Assembly (NCBI GenBank): GCA_050952645.1
Contig: JBMNLI010000003.1
Location: 310-64,309 of the forward strand
Source of the DNA: Bdellovibrionota bacterium
Lineage (GTDB): Bacteria; Bdellovibrionota_C; UBA2361; CAKMMH01
Direction: 5' to 3'
DNA length: 64,000 nt
Part shown: piece after piece, positions 1 to 10,908 of the stretch
How positions within the stretch are numbered: the first letter of the stretch is position 1
How the letters are laid out: each line of letters begins with the position of its first letter
Notes under the pieces: generated by a model
Databases searched by the model: none
What the model was told of the DNA's origin: nothing
Seen by the model: only the letters and a program-made list of their open reading frames with translations
Program-made: the position numbers and the translations under genes

Positions 1-342
1 GTCTCCTTTTTCATTTTGCATTTATTTTCTTTCTATTAACTTAAATGGGACAAAACCTAAGATAGAATCTTTTTGCAAAGATCCTACAAAACAACTAATA
101 ATTATACCAAACTTAAACTATTAGTAAACTTTTATTCTTTTATTTCATAAAAAAAATCTTACTTAAAATACGAAAATAAATAAGAAAAATAAATTATTTA
201 GAAAAGGTTTTAATTTAAAAAACTTGAGGCTATACGATTTACACTATAGAATTTACACTCTAGAATTTATTATGAAATATTTAATTATAAAAAACTAGAA
301 CAAAGAAATAACAAAAGAATAATAAGAAAAACGAATAAAAAA

Positions 343-423
343 TGCGGAAGAAGGGAATCGAACCCCCACGCCTAAGGCATCAGATCCTAAGTCTGACGTG
401 TCTACCAGTTCCACCACTCCCGC
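343..423 (-). tRNA. tRNA-Leu (anticodon TAG)
   Basis: Reverse complement reads GCGGGAG-TGGTGGAACTGGTAGACAC-G-TCAGA-CTTAGGA-TCTGA-long variable arm-GGGGGTTCGATTCCC-TTCTTCCGC-A. Cloverleaf with long variable arm; CCA not encoded. Confidence 0.96.
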
Positions 424-472
424 ATAAAAACAAGAAATAATATATACCCATTTTAAAAAAATATCAAGCAAC

Positions 473-890
473 AAAACTATTTTCTTAAGGCCCCACCTAA
501 AACGTCAAAGAACTAAAAAACTTTATGCTCGTTCTTTCTTTTTCTTATCTTTTAAATCATCGTCCTCTAAATTAGTTTTTTTAGTTTTTCACGTTTTAAG
601 ATAAGTTAAAGACCTCAAAATTAGCATCACTCACCCTAGGAAGCCCAAAAAAAAATTAACTTTTAAGGAATTTGCATAAAATAAATTAACTTTAAATGTA
701 GCTGTAATTTTTTTTTTAAAACTATAGCTAGTGTTATACAAAAGTCAATTTTCTTTTAAGCTAACCCTAAAAAAACTATTTTCTTAAGGCCCCACCTAAA
801 ACGTCAAAGTACTAAAAAACTTTATGCTCGTTCTTTCTTTTTCTTATCTTTTAAAGGCATCGTCCTCTAAATTAGTTTTTTTAGTTTTTC
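473..890. repeat. ~118-bp direct repeat (473-590 and 772-890) containing the last ~15 codons and downstream flank of clpX
   Basis: aaaactattttcttaaggccccacctaaaacgtcaaag...catcgtcctctaaattagtttttttagtttttc occurs twice with only a few differences. Confidence 0.9.
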
Positions 891-2151
891 CTACATTAAA
901 TATTGCATCTTTTGAAATTATAACATCTTTTACATTACGCTTAGAAGGAATATCATACATCACGTCTAGCATAATATTTTCCATAATAGCCCGAAGTCCC
1001 CTAGCGCCCGATTTTCTTAAAATAGCCTCTTTTGCTATCTCCTCTAATAATTCATCTGGGATAACTAGATTAACATTTTCTATCGCAAATAATTTTTTAT
1101 ACTGTTTTACTAAAGCATTCTTTGGCTCTGTTAGAACTCTTACGAGTGCTTTTTCATCTAACTCCTCTAATGTGGCTATAATAGGCAAACGCCCTACAAA
1201 TTCTGGTATAAGACCAAAGTGGAGTAAGTCCTCAGGTTGCACCTTTGCTAAAAGCTCCCCCTTTTCAGTCTCCGCACTTATTTTAAGCCTAGATTTATTT
1301 TCCTTTACTCCAAAGCCTAGCTTCTTATCTCCAATTCTTCGCCTTATTATATCTTCTAGCCCTACGAATGCTCCGCCACAAATAAACAATATATTGCTAG
1401 TATCTACTTGCAAAAACTCAGACTGTGGATGCTTTCTGCCCCCCTTAGGAGGAATACTCGTAACTGTGCCTTCTAAAATTTTAAGTAGTGCTTGCTGCAC
1501 TCCCTCACCTGAAACATCTCTAGTAATAGACGGATTATCGGACTTTCTAGATATCTTATCTATCTCATCTATATAAACTATACCTTGCTGCGCTCTTTCA
1601 ACATCGTAATCTGCTGCTTGTAGTAATCCTAAAATAATATTTTCTACATCTTCTCCTACATACCCAGCCTCGGTAAGAGATGTAGCATCTGCTATCGTAA
1701 AAGGAACTTTTAAAATCTTTGCTAGAGTTTGCGCTAGTAAGGTTTTCCCAGACCCAGTAGGCCCTATAAAAAGAACGTTTGATTTCGCAAGTTCAACATC
1801 CTTTGCTATATTGCCTGCCGTTATCCTCTTGCAATGATTATAAACGGCAACCGCTAAAACTTTCTTAGCTCTATCTTGCCCAATTACGTATTCATCTAAA
1901 AAAGCTTTTATTTCACTAGGAATAGGAAGCATGCCTTCATTTAAAGTAGAACTCGACTTTGCCTCAGCAGCAATAATATCATTACATATATTTATACACC
2001 TGTCGCAAATATAGCCCCTATCGCCACCTATAAGCTTAGTTACGCCCTCATCATCTGGAGTCCTACCACAAAATGAACAAACTACGGTTTCAACATCATC
2101 TACGCTTTTAGAGCTTCTCCTATTTTTATTATTATCTTTATCCTTTGCCAA
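844..2151 (-). CDS. clpX: ATP-dependent Clp protease ATP-binding subunit ClpX
   Basis: Zn finger CSFC...CDRC, Walker [34 protein letters not shown] loop; TTG start with AGGAAG upstream. Confidence 0.98.
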   Translation of the reverse strand: MAKDKDNNKNRRSSKSVDDVETVVCSFCGRTPDDEGVTKLIGGDRGYICDRCINICNDIIAAEAKSSSTLNEGMLPIPSEIKAFLDEYVIGQDRAKKVLAVAVYNHCKRITAGNIAKDVELAKSNVLFIGPTGSGKTLLAQTLAKILKVPFTIADATSLTEAGYVGEDVENIILGLLQAADYDVERAQQGIVYIDEIDKISRKSDNPSITRDVSGEGVQQALLKILEGTVTSIPPKGGRKHPQSEFLQVDTSNILFICGGAFVGLEDIIRRRIGDKKLGFGVKENKSRLKISAETEKGELLAKVQPEDLLHFGLIPEFVGRLPIIATLEELDEKALVRVLTEPKNALVKQYKKLFAIENVNLVIPDELLEEIAKEAILRKSGARGLRAIMENIMLDVMYDIPSKRNVKDVIISKDAIFNVGKTKKTNLEDDAFKR

Positions 2152-2206
2152 TTTACACTTCCTATAATTTTTTTTACGACTTTCCTATTAATATTAAATT
2201 AAAAAA

Positions 2207-2815
2207 TTAGTCTTTTACACTTTTTTCTGAATCTTCTCTTTTGTTAAATACATTATCGATAATTCCATAATCTTTAGCTTCTAAAGCACTCATAAAATTA
2301 TCTCTATCTGTATCCTTTTCTATTTGCTTTATGGTTTTATTAGTATGTATAGATAAGATTTGGTTTAACTCTTTTTTTACTCTAGACATCTCTTTTGCAT
2401 GAATATCGATATCTGAGGCTTGTCCTTTAAAACCACCTAACGGCTGATGAATCATTATCCTTGAATGCGTTAAAGCGGAACGTTTTCCTTTAGCTCCACC
2501 AGCTAAAAGTAGCGCTCCCATGCTTGCAGCTTGTCCTAAACAAACGGTAGCTATATCTGGCTTTACGTATTGCATCGTATCATAAATAGCCATACCAGCA
2601 GTTACGGAGCCACCAGGGCTATTTATATATAGATAAATATCTTTTTCAGGATCCTCGCTCTCTAAAAATAATAACTCTGCGGCTATTATATTAGCAACAT
2701 TATCGTCTATCTCGGTTCCTAAAAAAATAATCCTATCTTTTAAAAGGCGAGAATATAAATCATAAGAACGCTCACCACGTCCCGTTTGCTCTATTACATA
2801 AGGAATATAATTCAT
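2207..2815 (-). CDS. clpP: ATP-dependent Clp protease proteolytic subunit
   Basis: [30 protein letters not shown] motifs; located between tig and clpX. Confidence 0.98.
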   Translation of the reverse strand: MNYIPYVIEQTGRGERSYDLYSRLLKDRIIFLGTEIDDNVANIIAAELLFLESEDPEKDIYLYINSPGGSVTAGMAIYDTMQYVKPDIATVCLGQAASMGALLLAGGAKGKRSALTHSRIMIHQPLGGFKGQASDIDIHAKEMSRVKKELNQILSIHTNKTIKQIEKDTDRDNFMSALEAKDYGIIDNVFNKREDSEKSVKD

Positions 2816-2951
2816 AAAAAACCCCTTTAAAATATACTTTAAATTTTATACACACTTCTTAAGCTTTAAAAAAAGCTTTTTAGCTATCTTTAAAAACATA
2901 AAAAATTAAAAATATAAACTAAAAAATTAAACTTTATTTTTAATCAAACTT

Positions 2952-3649
2952 TTAACTTAATGTTGCTAACGCTCCACCTCTTACAGCACTTAGTACTATT
3001 GGGCCAAGAAAATTTATCATATCATCATCTTCGTTATTATCTAAGTTTTTCTTCATTTCTTCTTTAACATCTACGAACGTAATATCTGCTTTTTCAAATA
3101 TCCAATCTAGCACCTTTTCTTCTTTAAACCTACTTATCATTATTTCTTCTAAATTCCTAGCCGTTATATTCTTTTTAAAATTATCGATTGAAACCCATTT
3201 TGATGAAGCGATTTCTTTTAAAAAAGCCTCATATGATGCATCATCAACGCAAATATTTTCATTTTGGATAATATTATTTACTAAATACGACAACCTTAAC
3301 CTTTCTTTAGCAAGAGAATTAAATTCCTTCCTAGCTTTTTCTTTATAAAATTCACCACCCATTTGCTTTAAGGAGCTTATAACCGATTTGCCATAGTCTT
3401 TTAAAATATTATCAATTTCATTATCAAGCATTATTTGTGGAATTTCAAAATCATCACAAATTTCTAATAATTTTTCTCTTATCGCCTCTTCTCTTAAAAC
3501 TTCTTTGTAACTTTTTAAAACTGCCTCTTTACTAATATCAACATTTATAAGCTTCTTTACACTACTAATATCTTTAATAGTATAATTGTATTCTTTTTCA
3601 TTTCTAGTTTATTTAGCTCTAGCTTATTTGATCGTTTAGTTGTGTTCAT
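2952..3649 (-). pseudogene. Trigger-factor paralog, internally deleted (N-terminal strands fused to the C-terminal domain) and frameshifted near its 5' end
   Basis: ORF 2952-3431 matches the tig C domain. Its frame stays open upstream to a stop at 3609-3611 and reads EKEYNYTIKDISSVKKLINVDISKE...EKLLEICDDFEIPQIMLDNEI. The ATGs at 3649 and 3601 are in another frame. Confidence 0.75.
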
Positions 3650-3709
3650 TTTTTATCTTAATAATTTAAATAAGTTAATATAATACTTTTTTTTCTTTAG
3701 TAGTTTTTT

Positions 3710-5173
3710 TTAATCATCACTTGCATTTTTATTGTCTTCTTTTTTATTATTTTCTTTATTATTATTTTCTTTATTATTATTTTCTTTACCATCTTCTACA
3801 CGATCTTCTACACTATCTTCCATAGTGTTTTTTAGCGCTACATAAGAAAATTTAACTTTATCACAAATCGTATCTAGAGCCTTAATCCTACTTAACTCAA
3901 GCATAATGCTAGGCTTTAAATTATTGCTCATCATGTCTTGCCTCATTTTTGCTAACGAAACTCCAACCTTTCTTGAAATATTGCTTAAATAATCGCTATA
4001 CTCTTCCTCGCTAGCTTCAATATTCTCAATCTTTATAATATCATCTAATAAAAATGCGGTTTGCACTCTTTCTTTTGCTAAGCCGTTATAACTATCTCTT
4101 AATGTAGTTCTAATATCTTCAGCTAATTCTTTCATTGAAACAGACTTTTCGTAAATCCCAAATCGATGCGATATAATATCTTCTATTTCCCTATCTAGCA
4201 TCGTTTGAGGAATTTCAAAATCATAACTCTCAAGCAACTTCTTCTTTATAGCTATTTTCTCTCTTTCTTTATTAGCTCTTAAAATTTCATCTTGCAAACT
4301 TTCCTTAACTTTATCTCTAAGTTCACTAACACTGCTAAGAGAAAAGTTGCTTTCAAGAAAATTTTTTGTAAGCTCTGGTTCTTTCTTTTGGAAAATTTCT
4401 TTTAATTTTACTACATATACGACTTTGCCTGCATCAAACTTGCCTTTTTTGTTCGATATCTCTATTAAAGAAGGGCACTCTTTAGTTTCTCCTTTTTTCA
4501 TAGTTAACAAAAGCTCTCTAACAGCACTATCAGAGCTTCCATCAATTTTACTATTCCATATGCTCTCGCTTAACCCTCGCACATGCTCTTTTTCCTCTTC
4601 TAAAGAGCCATCTTCATATTTGTAGCTAAGAGTAAATTTTACGGTATCATCTTTTGTAGGCGTATCTCTATCTTCTACAGCCTTTAACGTGCTATACCTT
4701 GATATTAAATCTTGCATAGCCTTATCGAGCCTTTCTTCGCTGTATTCATCCTTTTGTACTTCAATCTCGATGCCAACATATTCTGGCACTTTTGGAGGTG
4801 TTGGAAAAAGCTCTACGGTGGCAGTAAAAGAAAAACCATCTTCCTTAGTATCGCTCGTAATATCAACATTAGTAACGGAAATCACTTTTAAATCGCTTTC
4901 TTTAATGCAACTATCTATCGCCTCATTTAATAATTTTTCTTTTGCATCTACCATCATGGCTTCCTTATAAATCGCCTCAACCATATCTTTAGGAGCCTTC
5001 CCTTGGCGAAAGCCTTTTATTTTCATATTTCTTGCAGCATAATTTAATAAATTTTGATATTTCTTTGAAAAATCTTCTTTACTTACCGATATATCTAACA
5101 ACTTTACAACGCTATTTACATCAGTAATAGTGCAATTAAACTTTCTTTCAGATTTTTGACCTTCTAAACTCAT
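3710..5173 (-). CDS. tig: Trigger factor
   Basis: GFRQGKAP ribosome-binding signature, FKBP-like middle domain, FEIPQTMLDREI in the C domain; upstream of clpP-clpX. Confidence 0.95.
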   Translation of the reverse strand: MSLEGQKSERKFNCTITDVNSVVKLLDISVSKEDFSKKYQNLLNYAARNMKIKGFRQGKAPKDMVEAIYKEAMMVDAKEKLLNEAIDSCIKESDLKVISVTNVDITSDTKEDGFSFTATVELFPTPPKVPEYVGIEIEVQKDEYSEERLDKAMQDLISRYSTLKAVEDRDTPTKDDTVKFTLSYKYEDGSLEEEKEHVRGLSESIWNSKIDGSSDSAVRELLLTMKKGETKECPSLIEISNKKGKFDAGKVVYVVKLKEIFQKKEPELTKNFLESNFSLSSVSELRDKVKESLQDEILRANKEREKIAIKKKLLESYDFEIPQTMLDREIEDIISHRFGIYEKSVSMKELAEDIRTTLRDSYNGLAKERVQTAFLLDDIIKIENIEASEEEYSDYLSNISRKVGVSLAKMRQDMMSNNLKPSIMLELSRIKALDTICDKVKFSYVALKNTMEDSVEDRVEDGKENNNKENNNKENNKKEDNKNASDD

Positions 5174-5390
5174 TACTACCCCTTTTATTATTCCTTAACA
5201 TAGAAAAAATTAAATATTAAATTAAATATTAAAAAATATTACAATTACATCTTTACTTGCGAATTTTAAAATATAAAAACAAAAAATAGGATAACAGAAA
5301 GCACTAAATTTTACAACGTTTTAACTTAAAACTTTAATAGAAAAACCTTTTAATTTAGTTTAGGAAAACTTTGATAAATCGATATAAACT

Positions 5391-5837
5391 CTATTTGCAA
5401 GGCACAAATAATATAGGAACTTTTATTTCTCTTAAAACTTTTTCAGACACACCACCAACGACAAATCTCTTTAATCCCGTTCGACCACTACTAGACATTA
5501 CAATCATATCTACATTGTTTTGTTGTGCATAATTTACTATCTCTGTATGCACTGCCCCTTTAGCCTCAAGGACTACTGGTTTTAATTTTTTATAATCAAA
5601 CTTAAGTGCTATGTTATTTAAATCCTTTTCTACTTCTTCTAATATTTTTTTATGCACATCTTCGGAAATTAAATTAGGTTGTTCTAAGATTGAAAATAAT
5701 GCAGTCTCCGCAATGTCCGTAACGACGGCTAGCAAATCTATACTTGCATCGTACTTCGTAGCTATATCCTTAGCGATAGGAAAAGCTTGCTTTGAATTTT
5801 CAGATAAATCTGTGCAAAGTAATATTTTTTTAAGCAT
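5391..5837 (-). CDS. Universal stress protein (UspA family)
   Basis: KKILLCTDLSENS N-terminus; DMIVMSSSGRTGLKRFVVGGVSEKVLR...VPILFV C-terminus. Confidence 0.93.
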   Translation of the reverse strand: MLKKILLCTDLSENSKQAFPIAKDIATKYDASIDLLAVVTDIAETALFSILEQPNLISEDVHKKILEEVEKDLNNIALKFDYKKLKPVVLEAKGAVHTEIVNYAQQNNVDMIVMSSSGRTGLKRFVVGGVSEKVLREIKVPILFVPCK

Positions 5838-6005
5838 ACGCTTATACTATATAAAAAATTAAATATCTTATTTATTAAATTTTAGCATAACCTACATTTT
5901 ATTTAACACTAAACATTACACTAAATATTACATTAAATATAATTGTATTATTATAATTATGCTATTGTACTATTATGCTATTAAATGTAATTGCATTACT
6001 ACATT

Positions 6006-6587
6006 TTATTGCATTATAAACTCTTTAAAATACACGGCAACTACCACACTGTCTTCAATCGCTAACGCATCGTTTATCGCATCTATTAGCTCTTCTCTTA
6101 AAGCCTCTTTGCCATCTTGCGTTAAAAGTTCTTCAGGAGTTTTATAAGATAGCGTATTTATAACGGCATCTCTTATCATAGCCTCTCGTTTTTCAAAAAT
6201 CTTAGGAAGTGTTTTTGCAGAAACCTCTTCTTCTCCTTCCTCTTTTTTACTTTCTTTTTCTGCTTGAGTCCCACTTTCACCACCTATCAAGCTCGGGTCG
6301 TATTCAACAAGAATTGTAGTTCTTAAATAAGTAGTAGGCTTAGCTAAATTTACCACGAATGTATCTAGCTCTTGCACTTCATATCTTGACTGTTCCTCTG
6401 CCATTTCTGTCTCCACTTCTTTATTAGCATTCGCATCATCTTTTTTACCAAAGACGAAAAAAGCTACGACACCTCCTATAATAATTAACGCTACGAGTAT
6501 TATAACTATTAATAAAACTGGAGATTTTTTTTGTTTTACATTTTCATTATTTTCTTCTTTAGAATCTTTTTTTTCTTTATCAGCCAT
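6006..6587 (-). CDS. fliL: Flagellar basal body-associated FliL family protein
   Basis: Single N-terminal TM helix; FVVNLA, IRDAVINTLS, GKEALREEL, VYFKEFIMQ. Confidence 0.9.
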   Translation of the reverse strand: MADKEKKDSKEENNENVKQKKSPVLLIVIILVALIIIGGVVAFFVFGKKDDANANKEVETEMAEEQSRYEVQELDTFVVNLAKPTTYLRTTILVEYDPSLIGGESGTQAEKESKKEEGEEEVSAKTLPKIFEKREAMIRDAVINTLSYKTPEELLTQDGKEALREELIDAINDALAIEDSVVVAVYFKEFIMQ

Positions 6588-6666
6588 AAAATGTTCCTAT
6601 AAAAAAAACTGCTATTACTAAGTAATATATTGATTTTTTTCAAAAAGACAATAATATATTTTAACT

Positions 6667-7848
6667 ATGAACATATTATTTTTAGCACCAGAACCATTTT
6701 TTCAAGAACGTGGAACTCCAATAGCCGCAAAGCTTGCACTTCAAGTTTTATCAAAAAGAAAAGATACTAAAATAAAAGTCATATGCTACAATGAAGGCAA
6801 AGAAGAAAGCTTTGAAGATGTTGAGATAAGAAGGATATCACGCCTCCCCTTTACCGATGGAGTAAGACCAGGGGCTTCATTAAAAAAACTAGCTTTAGAT
6901 GTAATTTTATTTTTCACTACGATAAATGAAATTATAAAAAATAAAAAAAATACTTACGACCTTATCCATGCAATAGAAGAGTCTGTATTTATAGCATTAT
7001 TTGCAAAAAAAATATTTGGAATAAATTATATATACGACATGGACTCCTCTTTATCAGATCAGCTAATAAATCGCTATAAGTTCTTGAAAATCTTTAAGGG
7101 CTTATTTAGGTATTTAGAAAGGTTAGCGATAAAAAACGCAGTAGCAGTTCTTCCTATGTGCGATGCGTTAGCTACGCAAGCCTTAGATTGTGGAGTAGAA
7201 ATAGTTAAAGTCTTAAGAGATATAGCGTTAAACGACCTAGACGATTACAAAGAAGAAGCTAGCGATTTAAGAAAAGAATTAAACTTACCTAAAGATACTA
7301 AAATCGTGCTATACGTAGGCAATCTAGAGCATTATCAGGGGATAGACTTGCTTATAAAAAGTTTTGCTCTTATAAAAAAGGGCTTTGATAATCTTAAACT
7401 TATAATTATAGGTGGAACTAAAGAACATATCGAAAAATATAAAAAGTTAGCAAGCAATTTTCACGTATCAGACAGCGTCTACTTAATAGGACCAAGACCT
7501 GTAAAAGCGCTAGGAAATTATTTATCGCAAGGAGATATTTTAGCTTCTCCAAGAATTGAAGGTGAAAATACATCGATGAAGATTTACTCTTATCTTTTAG
7601 CAGGAAAGCCAATCGTTGCCACTAATTTACCTACACACACGCAAATTCTTACGGATTCTATTTCCTTTTTATGCGAACCGACCGTAAAGGATTTTGCACA
7701 AGGAATAAAAGATCTTTTAGAAAATCCAGATTTTAGTGATATTATAGCTAACAATGCTAAGAACGAAGCTAAAGAAAAATACACTTTCGAGGTTTTCACT
7801 AAAACGCTAAACGATTTATATGATAAAGTAGAAGATAAAATAAAATAA
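6667..7848 (+). CDS. Glycosyltransferase family 4 (GT-B)
   Basis: LYVGNLEHYQGIDLL; SPRIEGENTSMKIYSYLLAGKPIVAT. Confidence 0.9.
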   Translation: MNILFLAPEPFFQERGTPIAAKLALQVLSKRKDTKIKVICYNEGKEESFEDVEIRRISRLPFTDGVRPGASLKKLALDVILFFTTINEIIKNKKNTYDLIHAIEESVFIALFAKKIFGINYIYDMDSSLSDQLINRYKFLKIFKGLFRYLERLAIKNAVAVLPMCDALATQALDCGVEIVKVLRDIALNDLDDYKEEASDLRKELNLPKDTKIVLYVGNLEHYQGIDLLIKSFALIKKGFDNLKLIIIGGTKEHIEKYKKLASNFHVSDSVYLIGPRPVKALGNYLSQGDILASPRIEGENTSMKIYSYLLAGKPIVATNLPTHTQILTDSISFLCEPTVKDFAQGIKDLLENPDFSDIIANNAKNEAKEKYTFEVFTKTLNDLYDKVEDKIK

Positions 7849-7890
7849 TAAAAAAGCTTAAAGTTAAAAGTAATATAAATTATTTTAGTT

Positions 7891-9021
7891 CTACCTTTTA
7901 GCCGTTTTAATATTATCTTTTATAATATTACTACTTATAGCATTATCGCTTATACTATTTGCCGCAATACTACTAGTTCTATTTGAAAGATAAGTTGCAA
8001 GCCTTACAAACGCTAAAGGATTTACAGACTTTTTATTTACCTTAATCTCGTAATGAAGATGGTTTCCAGTTGAGCGTCCCGTAGAACCTACTAGACCTAT
8101 TACATCTCCTCTATTTACTTGCATGCCTTTAGAAACTAAGATTTTTGATAGATGTGCATAACGTGAAATTAAATTATTCCCATGCTTAATATCGACTACA
8201 AGCCCATAAGTATCATTATATTTAGCTTTTACAATGAGCCCTCTTCCAGTTGCCCTAACAGCGGAGCCATAAGAAGAAGCAAAGTCGACGCCTAAATGCT
8301 TTACTATTTTTCCTGAAAACGGAGAATGTCTTATTCCGAAATGAGAACTAATGATATTGCTTTCTAATGGTAGCCCTATTGGCATAGTCGCAACGGTTTC
8401 ATTTAACGCATCTAACTGCTTAATAATTTCTTTTCTTTTAATATTATTTTCAATACTTTCAGCACCATTTATACTTTCAGCACCATTAAAGCGATCGGTT
8501 TTAAAATTTAAGCTATTTTCTAATTTATCATCTAGAGCTTTTATCTCTAGTCCCCCAATCGAATCTGCTTGGTCTGTAGCGCTAGCGGGGTCGATTAGCA
8601 CTCTTGCCTTACTATCGTTTAAAGCATCGTTAAAAGCATTAATTTTAGTAGTATTTTCTATTAAATCTGCTAGCTCTTTATTTCTTTTGCTTATATCTAG
8701 CTCGTACTCAGTGTATTTTTTATTTGCATCTAGAATTTTTGCCATTTCGTTTTCTAGGAAAGAATTTTTTCTTTTTAAAAATTCTCTTTCTTCTTTTAAA
8801 TTTTGAATTTTTTTATCACCTAGAATATATGCAAAATGTTTTTTAGTTTGTCTTATGGCATTTTGCGACGTAAGAAAGCCTACTACCAAAAAGCCACATA
8901 GAAAAATAGTAAAAAACGATGCAAATATTAGCAATGGCAAAATATCGATCTCGAGTTTTCTTAATTCTTTTGAGTTTGGCATCATATACCAAAACTGTAA
9001 TTGTTTATCTTTTAAGCGCAT
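7891..9021 (-). CDS. M23 family metallopeptidase
   Basis: HLGVD (HxxxD), YAHL, STGRSTGNHLHYE; N-terminal TM helix and coiled coil. Confidence 0.92.
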   Translation of the reverse strand: MRLKDKQLQFWYMMPNSKELRKLEIDILPLLIFASFFTIFLCGFLVVGFLTSQNAIRQTKKHFAYILGDKKIQNLKEEREFLKRKNSFLENEMAKILDANKKYTEYELDISKRNKELADLIENTTKINAFNDALNDSKARVLIDPASATDQADSIGGLEIKALDDKLENSLNFKTDRFNGAESINGAESIENNIKRKEIIKQLDALNETVATMPIGLPLESNIISSHFGIRHSPFSGKIVKHLGVDFASSYGSAVRATGRGLIVKAKYNDTYGLVVDIKHGNNLISRYAHLSKILVSKGMQVNRGDVIGLVGSTGRSTGNHLHYEIKVNKKSVNPLAFVRLATYLSNRTSSIAANSISDNAISSNIIKDNIKTAKR

Positions 9022-9141
9022 TTTTCTAAAATAATAAAATAGAAGAACACATATTTTTACTTATTTTTACTTATGTTTATTTTCAACTTTTATCTTTTAA
9101 TTTTATTTCTTTACAAGATTATCTTTTAAAAATTATCTTTT

Positions 9142-10791
9142 TTAAGATGCAATCAACTCACGTGCTGAAGCTTTAGAAGCTTCCGTAACCTCATAGCCTG
9201 CAAGCATTCTTGCGATTTCTTCTATTCTTTCATCTCCTTTAATTTTAGTTATTTGGCTTAAAACCTTACTATTATCGTTTTTACTATCATTTTTAAACAC
9301 TACATAATGTGCATCAGCCAAAGATGCTACTTGTGGTAAATGCGTTATGCATATAACTTGCGAAGTCTCGGCTAGTTCTTTTAATTTAATGCCGACCGCT
9401 CTAGCCGTCTTTCCAGACATTCCGCTATCTACTTCATCAAAAACTAAAACATTTACCCCATATTTATCTTTTAATATCTTTTTTAAAACTAATAAGATTC
9501 TAGAGAGTTCCCCTCCAGAAGCTATTCTCTTTAATGGCTTAACATCGTAGCCCTTATTTAAAGAGAGCATAAATTCTACATCATCTACCCCAGTTTCGTC
9601 AACTGCTGTTTTATTAAATAGCACTTTAAAATTTGCATGTGGCAAGTTTAGTTCTTCAAGTTCTATTTTTACTAAATTTTCAAGTTTTTTAGCGTGTTTT
9701 CTTCTCTCAGCAGATATTTTCTCTGCAAAATCAACTACTTTAATTTTTAATTTTTCTACATTTTCTTTAAAAGTTTCTAAATTATCAAAGTTTTCATAAG
9801 TTTTTAATTCATTTAAAATACTTTCGTAGAGTGCTATAAGCCCAGCTTCATTAGTAGCATATTTTCGCTCGAGTGAAGCTATTAAAGAGAGTTCTTCTCT
9901 TAGTTCTTCTAAATTTTCATCATCTAAATTTAACGTAGACGTGTATTTATTATACTCATTTTCAAAATCGGTTATAAGAGAAGATATATTTGAAAAACTT
10001 TCTTCTACGCTTCCTACATTTTCATCGCATCTTGAAATCACTGAAAGCCTTTTTTCAATTTCACTTACTAAGGAAAACAGCCCATTTTCTTCTAGCAGTA
10101 AACTTAAAATCTCATTTGAAATATTTTGAATTTTTTCTATTTGAGTAAACTTTTTTATCTCTTTTTCTAAGAACGATTTTCTATCTTTTTTTAAAGATAT
10201 TCTCTCTAGGTCTGTTTTTAACGCATTAAGTTCAGCTATTCTTAGAGCAGTTTGATTTTTCTTATTTACAAAATCGTTATATTGCTTTTCAAGTTTCTTA
10301 TAATTATCGAACAAAGCTCTATATTCAATTAGCTTATCTCTTAAATTTGCATAGCGATCTAAAACCTCTAAATGGTAAGAGGCGTTTAATAAATCTGCTT
10401 GTTCATTTTGACTACATAGAGAAATTATTTTCGATGATATCTCTGATAAAGTAGAAATATTTGATATTATTCCATTTATATAAATGCGAGACTTATCTTT
10501 GCTTATAACTCTACTTATTATAAGCTCTCTTTCTTTAGCCACATCGGGGAGCGTTAAAAAAATATCGTCTTCAAGTAAACTTAAATCGAAAACTGCTTGA
10601 ATTTTACACTCCGAGCCATTTGGGCCTATAATATCAACGTTTGCTCGCCCACCTAGGAGCATATTAAGTGCAGAAATTATTATAGACTTTCCAGCACCAG
10701 TTTCACCAGTAATTACATTGAATCCTTTATGAAAATCGATTGTAGATTTTTTGATGATTGCCAAATTTTCGATATCTAGTTCTTTTAACAT
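9142..10791 (-). CDS. recN: DNA repair protein RecN
   Basis: ITGETGAGKS, ASGGELSR, VFDEVDSG, CITHLPQVA, EEIARMLAG. Confidence 0.97.
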   Translation of the reverse strand: MLKELDIENLAIIKKSTIDFHKGFNVITGETGAGKSIIISALNMLLGGRANVDIIGPNGSECKIQAVFDLSLLEDDIFLTLPDVAKERELIISRVISKDKSRIYINGIISNISTLSEISSKIISLCSQNEQADLLNASYHLEVLDRYANLRDKLIEYRALFDNYKKLEKQYNDFVNKKNQTALRIAELNALKTDLERISLKKDRKSFLEKEIKKFTQIEKIQNISNEILSLLLEENGLFSLVSEIEKRLSVISRCDENVGSVEESFSNISSLITDFENEYNKYTSTLNLDDENLEELREELSLIASLERKYATNEAGLIALYESILNELKTYENFDNLETFKENVEKLKIKVVDFAEKISAERRKHAKKLENLVKIELEELNLPHANFKVLFNKTAVDETGVDDVEFMLSLNKGYDVKPLKRIASGGELSRILLVLKKILKDKYGVNVLVFDEVDSGMSGKTARAVGIKLKELAETSQVICITHLPQVASLADAHYVVFKNDSKNDNSKVLSQITKIKGDERIEEIARMLAGYEVTEASKASARELIAS

Positions 10792-10908
10792 AGTAGAGAC
10801 ATAAGTAGAGAAAAACAGTATTTAAATCGTGTTTAAATAGTATTTACAAATATATTATACACAATTTTTGCGATTATTTATAATACATTATTTTTATAAA
10901 AAACTCTA

